From a virus: a stretch of DNA of 40,965 nucleotides. A program made the position numbers and the translations under genes. Positions within the stretch are counted from its first letter, which is position 1; every line of letters starts with the position of its first letter. Of the stretch, positions 1-9,123 are shown piece after piece. The notes below the pieces were generated by a model, which worked only from the letters and a program-made list of their open reading frames with translations, ran no database searches and was not told where the DNA came from. The stretch is from the UHGV virus genome UHGV-1351066; one strand, written 5' to 3'.

Positions 1-72
1 TGTGAATTTTGTCCTGGTAAGGACTGAGTTGTTTTGTCATAATTACTCCTGTGGATTGATCCAGTAATTCCC

Positions 73-369
73 TCAGAATTGCATATCAATTTGCTTAAAA
101 TCCTCGGTGGCGGCCGGGGATTTTTTCTTTGTGATTTCATCAAGCGCATACTTAAAAGCCCTGCTAATCGGACTGATGTCTGATGCCATTCCGAAAGCAC
201 ACAAGACCGAAGCAATAAATCTCCAGTCCGTTCTGCTTATCTTCGATTCATGACAGCCAATCATCTTTGCCAGACCGCGCTGGGTAAGCGTTGACAGGTT
301 GATGAGTAAATCTGTTTCTGCGCGATCAACGTCGCGCTGTGATAGTTTGCTGTAACTTGTTTGTTCCAT
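73..369 (-). CDS. cII: cII-like transcriptional activator (P22 c1 analogue)
   Basis: 98 aa; HTH segment and C-terminal region resemble lambda CII (…KSQISR…, …KKRPAATE…); sits downstream of cro as in lambdoid immunity regions. Confidence 0.7.
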   Translation of the reverse strand: MEQTSYSKLSQRDVDRAETDLLINLSTLTQRGLAKMIGCHESKISRTDWRFIASVLCAFGMASDISPISRAFKYALDEITKKKSPAATEDFKQIDMQF

Positions 370-433
370 TTCTTACTATTTCCATAGGTAAATAATCACT
401 AATACTCATCTTTCGATGAGTGATTAATTAGTT

Positions 434-468
434 ACCGCGTTGTCGGCGGTGCAGATTGATAAAGAGCG
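434..468 (-). promoter_or_regulatory. nutR: boxA-like CGCTCTTTA plus boxB hairpin ACCGCCGACAACGCGGT
   Basis: Read on minus strand between cro stop and cII start; boxB has a GACAA loop like P22 boxB; followed by an imperfect hairpin (~385-420) that could be tR1. Confidence 0.6.
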
Positions 469-478
469 GATCCGCTTA

Positions 479-694
479 TTAAGCGGCTTTGTGTTCCGGT
501 GGGAACACGTCATCAAGACTGACTTTTGCGCCTAACTTGTTTAGGCACGCAACAAGAGCACGGCATGTTTTAAGGTCTGGGAAGCGACGACCAGATTCCC
601 AATGTCCGATAGCTCCCTGTGTGCATCCAACCGCCTTAGCAAGTGTTGTTTGAGAGATATTCAGTGACTCTCGATATTTTCGTAGGTTGCTCAT
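479..694 (-). CDS. cro: Cro-like repressor (HTH_XRE)
   Basis: 71 aa from the internal ATG at 694 (GGAGG RBS just upstream); HTH 'ISQTTLAKAVGCTQGAIGHWESG'; divergent from cI. Confidence 0.75.
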   Translation of the reverse strand: MSNLRKYRESLNISQTTLAKAVGCTQGAIGHWESGRRFPDLKTCRALVACLNKLGAKVSLDDVFPPEHKAA

Positions 695-811
695 ATGCCC
701 TCCATAGTAACCATGAAACAATAATACGATATGTACTTTTGGAATGCAAACAAAAAATACATCTTGTGCATGGATGGTTTTAGTACAGAGCGTAATAATA
801 AGGATATGAAA
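695..811. promoter_or_regulatory. oR/pR/pRM divergent promoter-operator region
   Basis: 117-bp gap between divergent cro and cI; two copies of an AGTAC-N5-GTA motif in opposite orientation (723-737 and 782-796). Confidence 0.5.
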
Positions 812-1465
812 ATGAAATGGTATGAACTGGCTAGATCCAGAATGAAAGAACTCGGCATAACTCAAGAGAAGTTAGCTGAAGAGCTTGGTATGACGCAGGG
901 TGGAATTGGTCACTGGTTGCGCGGATCTCGTCATCCATCTCTTGACGAGATTGGTGTGGTGTTTAAATACCTTGGTATTGATAACGTCTCATTCAACCAC
1001 GACGGTACATTTTCACCTGTTGGCGAATACTCATCTGCCCCCGTTAAAAAACAATATGAGTACCCTGTTTTTTCTCATGTTCAGGCCGGGATGTTCTCGC
1101 CTGAGCTTAGAACCTTTACCAAAGGCGATGCGGAGAGATGGGTCAGCACAACCAAAAAAGCCAGTGATTGTGCGTTTTGGCTTGAAGTTGAAGGTAATTC
1201 CATGACCGCACCAACAGGATCCAAGCCAAGCTTTCCTGACGGGATGTTAATTCTCGTTGACCCTGAGCAGGCTGTTGAGCCAGGTGATTTCTGCATAGCC
1301 AGACTTGGTGGTGACGAGTTTACCTTCAAGAAACTGATCAGGGATAGCGGTCAGGTGTTCCTACAACCACTAAACCCGCAATATCCAATGATCCCATGCA
1401 ATGATAGCTGTTCCGTAGTAGGGAAAGTTATCGCCAGCCAGTGGCCTGAAGAGACATTTAGTTAA
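812..1465 (+). CDS. cI: CI-type repressor with LexA-like S24 autopeptidase domain
   Basis: HTH '[20 protein letters not shown]'; C-terminal 'GNSMTAP' and 'FKKL' catalytic Ser/Lys motifs; C-terminal half similar to P22 C2. Start at second ATG (812) chosen for AAGGA spacing. Confidence 0.85.
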   Translation: MKWYELARSRMKELGITQEKLAEELGMTQGGIGHWLRGSRHPSLDEIGVVFKYLGIDNVSFNHDGTFSPVGEYSSAPVKKQYEYPVFSHVQAGMFSPELRTFTKGDAERWVSTTKKASDCAFWLEVEGNSMTAPTGSKPSFPDGMLILVDPEQAVEPGDFCIARLGGDEFTFKKLIRDSGQVFLQPLNPQYPMIPCNDSCSVVGKVIASQWPEETFS

Positions 1466-1495
1466 CAGCCTCACCACTCTAAAACACACAACAAT

Positions 1496-1526
1496 AACCC
1501 GACCTTAGCGTCGGGTTTTCTTTTTC
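1496..1526 (+). terminator. rho-independent terminator downstream of cI
   Basis: CCCGAC-cttagc-GTCGGG hairpin followed by TTTTCTTTTT. Confidence 0.6.
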
Positions 1527-1590
1527 CAAAATATAAATCAATAAAATACAAAGTGTTATAAAAAACTAACCGCATTTAGAACATTTTGTA

Positions 1591-1619
1591 TTGACTCAAT
1601 AAAGTACACATCGTACTAT
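1591..1619 (+). promoter_or_regulatory. pL-like promoter with overlapping operator
   Basis: TTGACT-17 bp-TACTAT; the -10 overlaps the near-palindrome AGTACacatcGTACT (1603-1617), the same motif as in oR. Confidence 0.55.
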
Positions 1620-1665
1620 TTAGCCATCAGCAGGAAGCTGGAAGCCAAACGGAACAGATTGGCAG

Positions 1666-1699
1666 GCTCTTTAACTTCGATGGGGCGCTGACAAAGCGC
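1666..1699 (+). promoter_or_regulatory. nutL: boxA-like GCTCTTTAAC plus boxB GCGCTGACAAAGCGC
   Basis: Perfect 5-bp stem with GACAA loop, matching the P22 nutL boxB as I recall it; located between pL and N. Confidence 0.7.
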
Positions 1700-1818
1700 A
1701 AACAGATACCAAACGAGATGGGTTTGGCGGTGATGTGAATTGCAGCTGCAACGACAGCAACCAGAAGATCAGCACCTGGCGCATCACCACCAAAGCCATT
1801 TCACATGAGGAAAACATC

Positions 1819-2127
1819 ATGACGGTAATCGTGTACGGAAAATCAACATTTGCAGGAAATGCCAAAACTCGCCGTCATGAGCGGCGCAGAAAGCTGGCTA
1901 TCGAGCGTGATTCCATCTGCAACATCATCGATTCGATCTTCGGCACAGACAGTGAGGAAGCTGTTCAGGAAGAACCGAGAAAGCGTTTAAGTCTTTCTGA
2001 AAAAGCAATATCACTCGGCATCATCAGTAAATCAAATACAGATGCGAATGGCGGAAGCGTTTGTTTGCCTGAAGTTGCACTGTATGCTGCTGGTTACAGG
2101 TCAATGAAATCAATTACGGCGAGATAG
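1819..2127 (+). CDS. N: N-type antiterminator (P22 gp24-like)
   Basis: Contains 'GNAKTRRHERRRKLAIER', the P22 N arginine-rich boxB-binding motif; internal ATG with GAGGA RBS. Confidence 0.85.
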   Translation: MTVIVYGKSTFAGNAKTRRHERRRKLAIERDSICNIIDSIFGTDSEEAVQEEPRKRLSLSEKAISLGIISKSNTDANGGSVCLPEVALYAAGYRSMKSITAR

Positions 2128-2129
2128 AA

Positions 2130-2396
2130 ATGACTAGCAAACAAGTATCATATAAATGCTATTGCCCTTTATGTGGAAGAAAATTCAGCGCCAAGGCAGC
2201 ATGGAAGCATATCAATGATTATCATCCAAAAGCATCAGAACGTGAGTTGATGATGATAAGAGATGTAAAACGAGAAAAAATTTCTTTCGCAACAAAGCCA
2301 CTAAACGCCAACAAAAACGCAATATTGTATCAAATGCATCGTTCAAGTGGTCCAGATTATTCTGGAGGGCTTCCATCTCTTGGAAAGAAAAAATAA
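2130..2396 (+). CDS. hypothetical small Cys/His (zinc-ribbon-like) protein
   Basis: 88 aa; 'CYCPLCGRKF…H…H' pattern; no family recognised. Confidence 0.45.
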   Translation: MTSKQVSYKCYCPLCGRKFSAKAAWKHINDYHPKASERELMMIRDVKREKISFATKPLNANKNAILYQMHRSSGPDYSGGLPSLGKKK

Positions 2397-2532
2397 CCAC
2401 GCTCACGCTGGTTTTTAATGACATAAATAACCGTATTTACTACCGCAAGCCACGCAGTGAAATGGGTGTGACTTGTGTTGGTCGCCAGAAAATGAAATTA
2501 GGCAGCAAACCACTTATTTGAGAGGAATTAAT

Positions 2533-3156
2533 ATGTCATCAATCCGCTTAACTACGAGAATGAAAGAGGAAATCGCTCGTAACGCTTTAATTAAGTCTGG
2601 GGTTTTCACTGAACTTGAAGAAGTAACAAAGTTAAAGAACCAGCTTGCACTTGACGCCAGAGTTATTGCGTTTGGCGGTAAAAAGAAAACTGAGGAAGTG
2701 GATCAGTTATCATCCAAGTTAGTAGCTATAAGTGAAGAACTTGAAAAACTGGGATGTTCATTTTACTCATACGATGTTCGTTCTACATCAATTTATCTGA
2801 CTGTATCTGGCAGAAGAGTTGGCTGGCATTCATACGGAAAAGACGGCAACGGTGAAGATATATTGCTCCCCACCCCAGAAAAAGATAAATGCATGTTTGA
2901 CGCAGAACACGAAATAACAAAAAGGTTTGATGAAATCTGCGCATTGCAACAAAAACTTGAAGCCAAGAAAAAGGATATCAAATCAAATGTATGGGCTGCT
3001 TTGAACTCAGTCACAACAGTTAAGCGACTTATTGAAGTTTGGCCTGAAAGCAAAGAGTTGCTACCAAAAGAAGCAGATAAAGCAAGTACAGCACTTCCTG
3101 CTTTACGGGTAGAAGATTTGAATAAGATGATTGGACTTCCTTCCGAGGCCGCATAG
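2533..3156 (+). CDS. hypothetical protein, early-left accessory gene
   Basis: 207 aa from ATG at 2533 (GAGGAA RBS); no recognisable motifs; followed by a terminator. Confidence 0.5.
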   Translation: MSSIRLTTRMKEEIARNALIKSGVFTELEEVTKLKNQLALDARVIAFGGKKKTEEVDQLSSKLVAISEELEKLGCSFYSYDVRSTSIYLTVSGRRVGWHSYGKDGNGEDILLPTPEKDKCMFDAEHEITKRFDEICALQQKLEAKKKDIKSNVWAALNSVTTVKRLIEVWPESKELLPKEADKASTALPALRVEDLNKMIGLPSEAA

Positions 3157-3171
3157 TCGGCCTTTATTTTT
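3146..3171 (+). terminator. rho-independent terminator
   Basis: AGGCCG-catagt-CGGCCT hairpin then TTTATTTT; overlaps the stop codon of the 207-aa gene. Confidence 0.55.
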
Positions 3172-3290
3172 AGCATAAACAACAGAATAAACACTGCACT
3201 GTGTATTCATTCCAACGAGTGAATACACGGAGCAATGTCGCTCGTAACTAAACAGGAGCCGACTTGTTCTGATTATTGGAAATCTTCTTT

Positions 3291-3316
3291 GCCCTCCAAT
3301 GTGAGGGCTTTTTTAT
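3291..3316 (+). terminator. rho-independent terminator
   Basis: GCCCTC-caatgt-GAGGGC followed by TTTTTT; preceded by a 9-bp perfect inverted repeat GTGTATTCA…TGAATACAC (~3200-3227). Confidence 0.6.
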
Positions 3317-3398
3317 ATGCATACCAATAACGCTTCACGAGAGGTGTTTATTCATGAGCGTAAACGCTGATTAATGAACGCAGTTGATAGGATATAAA

Positions 3399-3911
3399 AT
3401 GGCATTTATAAAGATTCTTGAATTAATTTCCCTAAGTGAGATTAATAATGTTGTCAAATATAACCCTATTTCTGGTGAGTTCACATGGCTAAAATCTTAT
3501 GGAGCAAGGAAGATAGGTGGAACTGCCGGAACAATAACAACAAGCGGCTACTTAAGGATTTTCATTAACGGAAGACACTATGCTGCACATAGACTTGCAT
3601 GGATTATCACTTTCGGTGTTGAGCCTGAAGGTATTATCGACCATATAAATGGCATTAAGACAGATAACAGAATTTGCAATCTGAGGCTTGCAACTTACTC
3701 ACAGAATTCAATGAATAGTAAAATAAACACCCTCAACAAATCAGGTTGCAAAGGAGTCACATGGAAGAAGGAAAGTAGAAAGTGGGCTGCCTATGGGAAA
3801 TTAAACGGAAAGAAAAAACATCTAGGGTACTTTAATGAATTAGAAGATGCCAAAAAAGCTTACTGCGACTTTGCCAGAAAGCATCACGGCGAATTCTACA
3901 GGAGCAAATAA
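3399..3911 (+). CDS. HNH homing endonuclease with AP2-like DNA-binding domain
   Basis: 'IDHINGIKTDNRICNLRLAT' HNH motif and 'GVTWKKESRKWAAYG…KHLGYF' AP2-like segment; start at ATG 3399. Confidence 0.8.
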   Translation: MAFIKILELISLSEINNVVKYNPISGEFTWLKSYGARKIGGTAGTITTSGYLRIFINGRHYAAHRLAWIITFGVEPEGIIDHINGIKTDNRICNLRLATYSQNSMNSKINTLNKSGCKGVTWKKESRKWAAYGKLNGKKKHLGYFNELEDAKKAYCDFARKHHGEFYRSK

Positions 3912-4029
3912 TGAATGAATATATTTTAGCGGGTAGCGGCGTCATGTCCGCTTTCTACCCGCACGAATCTGAATTATCACGCCGAGTTAAACAATTAATC
4001 AGTGCAGCAAAGAAACAACTGGAGGCGTT

Positions 4030-4182
4030 ATGCGCAATGAAATAGCCATCAATCACCAGATGCTTCGTGCAGCACAAAACAAAGCAGTAATAGCCAGATT
4101 TATTGGTGATTCAAAAATGTGGCTTGAAGCAAATAAAGCGATGAAATCAGCTATCAATCTTCCGTGGTATCGCAGGAAATGA
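4030..4182 (+). CDS. small hypothetical protein (50 aa)
   Basis: ORF with GGAGG upstream; below the ORF-track size cutoff; function unknown. Confidence 0.3.
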   Translation: MRNEIAINHQMLRAAQNKAVIARFIGDSKMWLEANKAMKSAINLPWYRRK

Positions 4183-4263
4183 GTTTTACAGATAACTGGT
4201 CAGACGAAGAGTTCATTCGTCAGATGAACAAAATGCTCAATCAGCACAAAGAACAGGAGAAAG

Positions 4264-4575
4264 ATGATGATTCTGACTCTGAATGATAAGCGTGAAATAT
4301 CGCAAATAATCGCAAGTTTTACTGATGAAGATTACGAACGAATCAACAGTGAAGTTGATCGCCTCTGCAAACGTTGCGACCCAATAAGCGAAATGCTTCG
4401 CTCATATAAACCAGATGAACACACTAAGGACGCTATCGACTGGCTGGAAGATGATGACTGTAACTATCAGGAAAAAGCCGCTGAATGGTTCTGGGATGCA
4501 ATAACCGAAAGAGTTAAGGCTGAATATGCCTTCGCAATATTCAAACGCAGACACATTTTTGGAGAAGCAGCATGA
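4264..4575 (+). CDS. hypothetical protein (103 aa), acidic
   Basis: GGAGA RBS; stop overlaps recT start. Confidence 0.5.
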   Translation: MMILTLNDKREISQIIASFTDEDYERINSEVDRLCKRCDPISEMLRSYKPDEHTKDAIDWLEDDDCNYQEKAAEWFWDAITERVKAEYAFAIFKRRHIFGEAA

Positions 4576-5483
4576 GCAATATCGTTGAATTCGTTAAACA
4601 GCAAGAGCAGTTATTCTGCGGAGCATTGACTGAACAGACGGTGACATGGGCTAAGGAAAGCCAGTTTGCAATTCAGTATTTCCAGAAAAATGATTACCTG
4701 GCTAAAACGGCACTGGCAAATCCAACCAGCGCACAGAACGCCATCATCAATGTTGCGGCGATCGGCATCACCTTAAACCCGGCCAGCAAACTTGCTTATC
4801 TAGTTCCGCGCGACGGCATGGTTTGCCTTGATATCAGTTATATGGGATTGCTCCATATTGCAATGGAGTCTGGTGTTATCTCATGGGGTCAGGCAAAACT
4901 TGTTCATGCTAACGATACCTATGAGTCAAACGGGCTTGATAAAGCACCAACCCATAAATACAACGCCTTCGGTGATCGTGGTGATATCGTTGGCGTTTAC
5001 TGCACAGTTAAGACGCCAGCAGGTGATTATCTAACGGAAGAGATGAGTCTGGCTGAAATTGAGGCTGTAAGGAAAACAAGCAAGGCGGCATTCAGCGATA
5101 AAGGACCATGGGTAAATCACTGGAATGAGATGGCGCGAAAGACGGTCGTAAAGCGTGCAAGCAAGTATTGGCCTAAGGCATCACGTCTTGATAGTGCTAT
5201 TCACGTACTAAACGAAGAAGAAGGTGTGTGGACTGAACCAGTTATGCCGCACAAATCAGAGGAAGATATCCGCGAAGATGAACGGAAACGCCAGCAGGAA
5301 ATAACGGATAAAGCACAACTTCTTTGTGATGAAATGGCTCATGCTGAAAACATGGATGATTTGAAGCGATATTTTGCAGAAGCATATCGCCTGACATCTG
5401 GAATGAAATTGCAGCAGAACGTACAAGCCATTTACGCAGAATGCAAAGCGAAACTGGAGGTTGCCAGTGAGCAAACTGTATGA
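4572..5483 (+). CDS. recT: RecT-family single-strand annealing recombinase
   Basis: 'GPWVNHWNEMARKTVVKRASKYWP' matches the conserved RecT core (E. coli RecT 'GPWVTHWEEMAKKTAIRRLFKYLP'). Confidence 0.8.
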   Translation: MSNIVEFVKQQEQLFCGALTEQTVTWAKESQFAIQYFQKNDYLAKTALANPTSAQNAIINVAAIGITLNPASKLAYLVPRDGMVCLDISYMGLLHIAMESGVISWGQAKLVHANDTYESNGLDKAPTHKYNAFGDRGDIVGVYCTVKTPAGDYLTEEMSLAEIEAVRKTSKAAFSDKGPWVNHWNEMARKTVVKRASKYWPKASRLDSAIHVLNEEEGVWTEPVMPHKSEEDIREDERKRQQEITDKAQLLCDEMAHAENMDDLKRYFAEAYRLTSGMKLQQNVQAIYAECKAKLEVASEQTV

Positions 5484-5949
5484 AATTGCCAATGAGTACG
5501 CAAAATTGATGGATTCAGATTTAGAACCAGAGATGATTGCTGACACAATAGAAGGCATGGAAGGAGAATTTACCGATAAAATAGAGCAACTTCTTTCCGT
5601 CATTAAAAATGAATCTGGTTATGCCGAACGCCTCAAGGAAGAGGCAAAGTCACTGAATGAGCGAGCCGCAGTAATTCAAAATAAGATTGACAGCATTATG
5701 GCGTATATAGCGTCATCGCTTGAAATGGTTGGCAAGAAAAAGATTCGAGCAGGTATTCACCAGGTAACAATCCGCAAACCGTCAGAAACTGTAGAAATCA
5801 TCGACTCAAGCGCCCTTCCTCCTGAATACGTTGAGTTTGAAACGACAATTAAAGCCGACAAACTGGCAATCAAACACCAACTAAAAGCAGGAATAAATAT
5901 CCCCGGCGCTCAACTCAAAGTTGGGAAACCTTCACTTCTTATCAAATAA
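5467..5949 (+). CDS. Gp157-like protein (Sipho_Gp157 family), RecT partner
   Basis: About 160 aa with 'SKLYEI…' N-terminus typical of the family, directly downstream of recT; GTG start inferred from GGAGG spacing. Confidence 0.5.
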   Translation: MSKLYEIANEYAKLMDSDLEPEMIADTIEGMEGEFTDKIEQLLSVIKNESGYAERLKEEAKSLNERAAVIQNKIDSIMAYIASSLEMVGKKKIRAGIHQVTIRKPSETVEIIDSSALPPEYVEFETTIKADKLAIKHQLKAGINIPGAQLKVGKPSLLIK

Positions 5950-5960
5950 CGGTATCGCCT

Positions 5961-6275
5961 ATGAAAAAGACTCCATGGGAGAAATGGGAAGTCGATTTCT
6001 TGCGCGAAGTATCGGCGACAATGCCAGTTGAAGTTATTGCTGAAAAACTGGAAAGGACTGAAAAAGCAGTTATGGCGAAAGCAACAAGGATTGGCGCTGA
6101 CATTGTTAGCCGACTTCGTGGAAGACGCTGGACAAGAGCAGAAGTATCACTTTTCGGTAAGTTCTCCGCAGAAGAAATAGCAATTGCAACCTGCCGCTCA
6201 ATTTATTCAGTAAGGGCTATGCGATACAAGCTAAAAAAACTCGATGAAGAAAGAGCAGGCATACGAATAAATTAA
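5961..6275 (+). CDS. hypothetical protein with two tandem HTH-like segments
   Basis: 104 aa; internal duplication ('W…[15 protein letters not shown]' and '[28 protein letters not shown]'). Confidence 0.45.
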   Translation: MKKTPWEKWEVDFLREVSATMPVEVIAEKLERTEKAVMAKATRIGADIVSRLRGRRWTRAEVSLFGKFSAEEIAIATCRSIYSVRAMRYKLKKLDEERAGIRIN

Positions 6276-6291
6276 CAAAGAGGAATTTACC

Positions 6292-6456
6292 ATGAGAGGA
6301 CTTGCATACAATCCCGGCATTCTTCCGGCAGAAATGATTATTCGCCAACGCGTAAAGCCAATGCCATCGAGAGAGGAATTGCTTAAGAGAAATTCTTTTC
6401 CATCAGTAAATCAAAACAAATATCTGAATGCGATGTGGCGGAGTGGGAAGAAATGA
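6292..6456 (+). CDS. small hypothetical protein (54 aa)
   Basis: AGAGGA RBS 7 nt upstream of ATG; not in ORF track (<60 aa). Confidence 0.35.
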   Translation: MRGLAYNPGILPAEMIIRQRVKPMPSREELLKRNSFPSVNQNKYLNAMWRSGKK

Positions 6457-6914
6457 AACAAATGTCACTAATTGAGATGGATGGTTTTCTGAAAGGCAAA
6501 TGCATCCCACGAGATTTAAAGGTTAACGAAACAAACGCTGAATATCTTGTCCGTAAGTTCGGTGAACTTGAATCAAAACTGGAAACGGCGTTGCGGGAGT
6601 GTAGTTCTGCTGGAATCACGATTGATAACCTTGAGGCTAAATGCGCGAAGATGGCTGCTGAAAATACCTCGCTTAAGCAATCTGAGAAGGAATTTAATGA
6701 CTTTTGTCGTGAGGAGTTTAGCGAATGGGAAGATGATGTTACTGAAACCCCAGCCACCGATGCTTTCCTGGCTGAAATTGAACGCAAAGCAATCCGCAAG
6801 TTCATTAACAGCATTGAACACATCCTGCGTGACAAGCTGTCTCCGTATGACACCGAAGAGATGCTTGAGGCTATGCGTATTTTTCTGGAAGAACAGAGTG
6901 GTGAGCAAAAATGA
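6453..6914 (+). CDS. hypothetical coiled-coil protein
   Basis: ORF on the early operon strand; start set at ATG 6453 after GGAG. Confidence 0.5.
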   Translation: MKQMSLIEMDGFLKGKCIPRDLKVNETNAEYLVRKFGELESKLETALRECSSAGITIDNLEAKCAKMAAENTSLKQSEKEFNDFCREEFSEWEDDVTETPATDAFLAEIERKAIRKFINSIEHILRDKLSPYDTEEMLEAMRIFLEEQSGEQK

Positions 6915-7228
6915 CAATCACAAAACAACGGGTAGAAGAAATCATATCCCGCATTGAAATGTATGGACATGGTGCAGGATATACCGCTGACGAGGTTTAT
7001 GACCTAGCTGTACTGGCGCTGAATTTATCAAATATCGCAAACCTGAAGCGATACGAGCTTGATATGGATGGTTGTGACTCGTGCGGTCAGGATTGTGGCG
7101 CTGACATGACTGAAGATTCTGATGGCAATTATGTCCTGTTTGATGACGTGGTTAAGTTGTTTGAGTTTGATACAACCACTCAGAAGTTAGAAGGCCCAGC
7201 AAAGGAGGCAACCAGTGAGCGAAATTAA
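6911..7228 (+). CDS. hypothetical protein (105 aa)
   Basis: Start overlaps the previous stop (translational coupling). Confidence 0.5.
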   Translation: MTITKQRVEEIISRIEMYGHGAGYTADEVYDLAVLALNLSNIANLKRYELDMDGCDSCGQDCGADMTEDSDGNYVLFDDVVKLFEFDTTTQKLEGPAKEATSERN

Positions 7229-7883
7229 TTACCAGGCACTGCGTGAGATAGCAAAACAGGCAACACAAGGCGAATGGGTCGCATTTATTTCGTCGGGTAC
7301 TGGTACATATGCGGTGCATACACCAGGTGATAAACGATGTGAAGACGTTATCAGATGGACCGGCCTTGATGGACAGGAAAACGCAGAGAATAACGCGCGT
7401 TATATCGCAGCTTTCAACCCTGAAGTAGTGCAGGCGTTGCTGGATGAACGGGAAAGAAACCAGCAATACATCAAACGCCGTGACCAGGAGAACGAGGATA
7501 TTGCGCTAACGGTAGGGAAGCTGAGAGTTGAGCTTGAGGAAGCAAAATCAAAACTCAACGAGCAGCGTGAGTATTACGAAGGTGTTATCTCGGATGGAAG
7601 TAAGCGCATAGCAGAACTGGAAGCGCGGGAAATAAAACCAGCCAAAGGTGAAGTTCTGGTCGTTGTATCTGGTTTTACTGGTTGCGGAAAAAGCGCCATT
7701 GCCGGGGAAATAGAAATCGCGATGAAGGCTATTGGTGTACCGGTTAAGTGGACTAATGGCGATGCAGAAAAGCGCATGACTGGCGCTGACTGGCTGACTG
7801 CGATTGAGATGTACAAACCAACTGTGCGCATCGTGGAAGTTAATGTGCCACGCGCCGCTGGCATTCGCATCAAAGGAGAGTGA
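7215..7883 (+). CDS. Ea22-like early protein
   Basis: N-terminal 'MSEINYQALRE' and central coiled coil resemble the lambdoid Ea22 family; GTG start after AAAGGAGG. Confidence 0.55.
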   Translation: MSEINYQALREIAKQATQGEWVAFISSGTGTYAVHTPGDKRCEDVIRWTGLDGQENAENNARYIAAFNPEVVQALLDERERNQQYIKRRDQENEDIALTVGKLRVELEEAKSKLNEQREYYEGVISDGSKRIAELEAREIKPAKGEVLVVVSGFTGCGKSAIAGEIEIAMKAIGVPVKWTNGDAEKRMTGADWLTAIEMYKPTVRIVEVNVPRAAGIRIKGE

Positions 7884-7884
7884 T

Positions 7885-8172
7885 ATGGCAACTTTGCAGG
7901 AATTAATCGACCTGACGCCAGAACAGGAAAAAGCGTGGAATCGCCTTGTGAAGGCTGTAAAGGATTTCAGGGCAGCCGGAGGAAAGTTTTATAGCGTCCT
8001 GGACACGCTGAGCGCATACAACGGCGAGCACGTTGCCAGCATTGATAACGATAAGGGCTACCACACTGCAAGCGTCTATATGCCTAGCATTGATGCGCCA
8101 GGACTAACCAGTTGGGCTGATGATTGGCACGGCATCACGCTGAAAGATGGCGTTGAAGTGGATGAGGACTAA
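7885..8172 (+). CDS. hypothetical protein (95 aa)
   Basis: AAAGGAG RBS; ATG at 7885. Confidence 0.45.
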   Translation: MATLQELIDLTPEQEKAWNRLVKAVKDFRAAGGKFYSVLDTLSAYNGEHVASIDNDKGYHTASVYMPSIDAPGLTSWADDWHGITLKDGVEVDED

Positions 8173-8175
8173 CAC

Positions 8176-8829
8176 ATGACTACTTTTACCGACAAAGAAC
8201 TGATTAAAGAAATCAGAGAGCGAATCGGCAGCCTGGACGTGCGAGACAATATTGAGCGCCTGGCTTATGAAATCGCACTGGCATCGCTGGAACGCGAACA
8301 GATTCGCCACGAGCATGCCAAATGGTCTGACTCCACATTTGGCTGCGTTGGCCCCATTGGTCCACTGAAACACCTCTCAAAAGAGGCACTGGAAGCCGCA
8401 GCCGAACCAGAAGATCTTAGCGAGTGGGCTGATATGCAGTTTCTGTTGTGGGATGCACAGCGCCGTGCTGGCATCAGCGATGCTGAAATTACCGCTGCTA
8501 TGGAAGATAAATTGAAGATCAACATGGAGCGCCAGTGGCCTGAGCCAAAAGATGGTGAGCCTCGCTTGCACATTAAAGAACCCGGCAACTCTCCGGTAAT
8601 TCCGGATGGTTGGATAAGCTGTAGTGATCGAATGCCTGAAAAGGGCCAGAACGTGCTTATTTCGGTGAATTTCGATAGCTCTCTGGTTGAACCGCTAATA
8701 TGCTCCGCACGCTATACCGGAAGCACCTTTCGGAGAGGAGATGCAACGATTAAGCCGGGTAATGGTATTGAGCAAGCAACTCACTGGATGCCGCTACCGG
8801 AACCGCCGCAGGAGGTTAACCGTGGCTAA
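8176..8829 (+). CDS. DUF550/DUF551-type two-domain protein (MazG-like N-terminus)
   Basis: Architecture and motifs resemble lambdoid early-region DUF550/DUF551 proteins; recalled, not searched. Confidence 0.45.
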   Translation: MTTFTDKELIKEIRERIGSLDVRDNIERLAYEIALASLEREQIRHEHAKWSDSTFGCVGPIGPLKHLSKEALEAAAEPEDLSEWADMQFLLWDAQRRAGISDAEITAAMEDKLKINMERQWPEPKDGEPRLHIKEPGNSPVIPDGWISCSDRMPEKGQNVLISVNFDSSLVEPLICSARYTGSTFRRGDATIKPGNGIEQATHWMPLPEPPQEVNRG

Positions 8830-8928
8830 CCTGCAACTTGCCGTCAAAGGTGAATAACAATCCTCGCACTCGCGGGGATTTCTTTTATCTGAACTCGCTA
8901 CGGCGAGTTTTGTTTTATGGAGATGATA

Positions 8929-9096
8929 AATGCACTTCCGAGTCACAGGTGAATGGAATGGAGAGTCATTCGACAGGGTTATCGAAGCAGAGGACATCAA
9001 CGACTGCTATAACCACTGGATGATATGGGCGCAGATAGCGCATGCAGACGTAACCAATATTCGAATTGAAGAACTGAAAGAACACCAAACCGCCTG
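8929..9096 (+). CDS. small hypothetical protein (55 aa)
   Basis: GGAG RBS; terminator immediately downstream. Confidence 0.3.
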
Positions 9097-9111
9097 ATGG
9101 CGGTTTTTTAT
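9088..9111 (+). terminator. rho-independent terminator
   Basis: AACCGCC-tgat-GGCGGTT followed by TTTTTTATT. Confidence 0.65.
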
Positions 9112-9123
9112 TGGAGACAAGAA

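Noticed and set aside
731-811. Upstream extension of cI starting at 731 (MYFWNANKK…)
   Set aside because: Would place the cI start inside the operator/promoter region within 40 bp of cro; the internal ATG at 812 has proper Shine-Dalgarno spacing and gives a canonical repressor N-terminus.
6383-6970. 195-aa minus-strand ORF and other overlapping frames across 6435-6957
   Set aside because: Opposite to the early-left operon direction and Ser-rich/low-complexity; the plus-strand coiled-coil ORF with an RBS is the better model.
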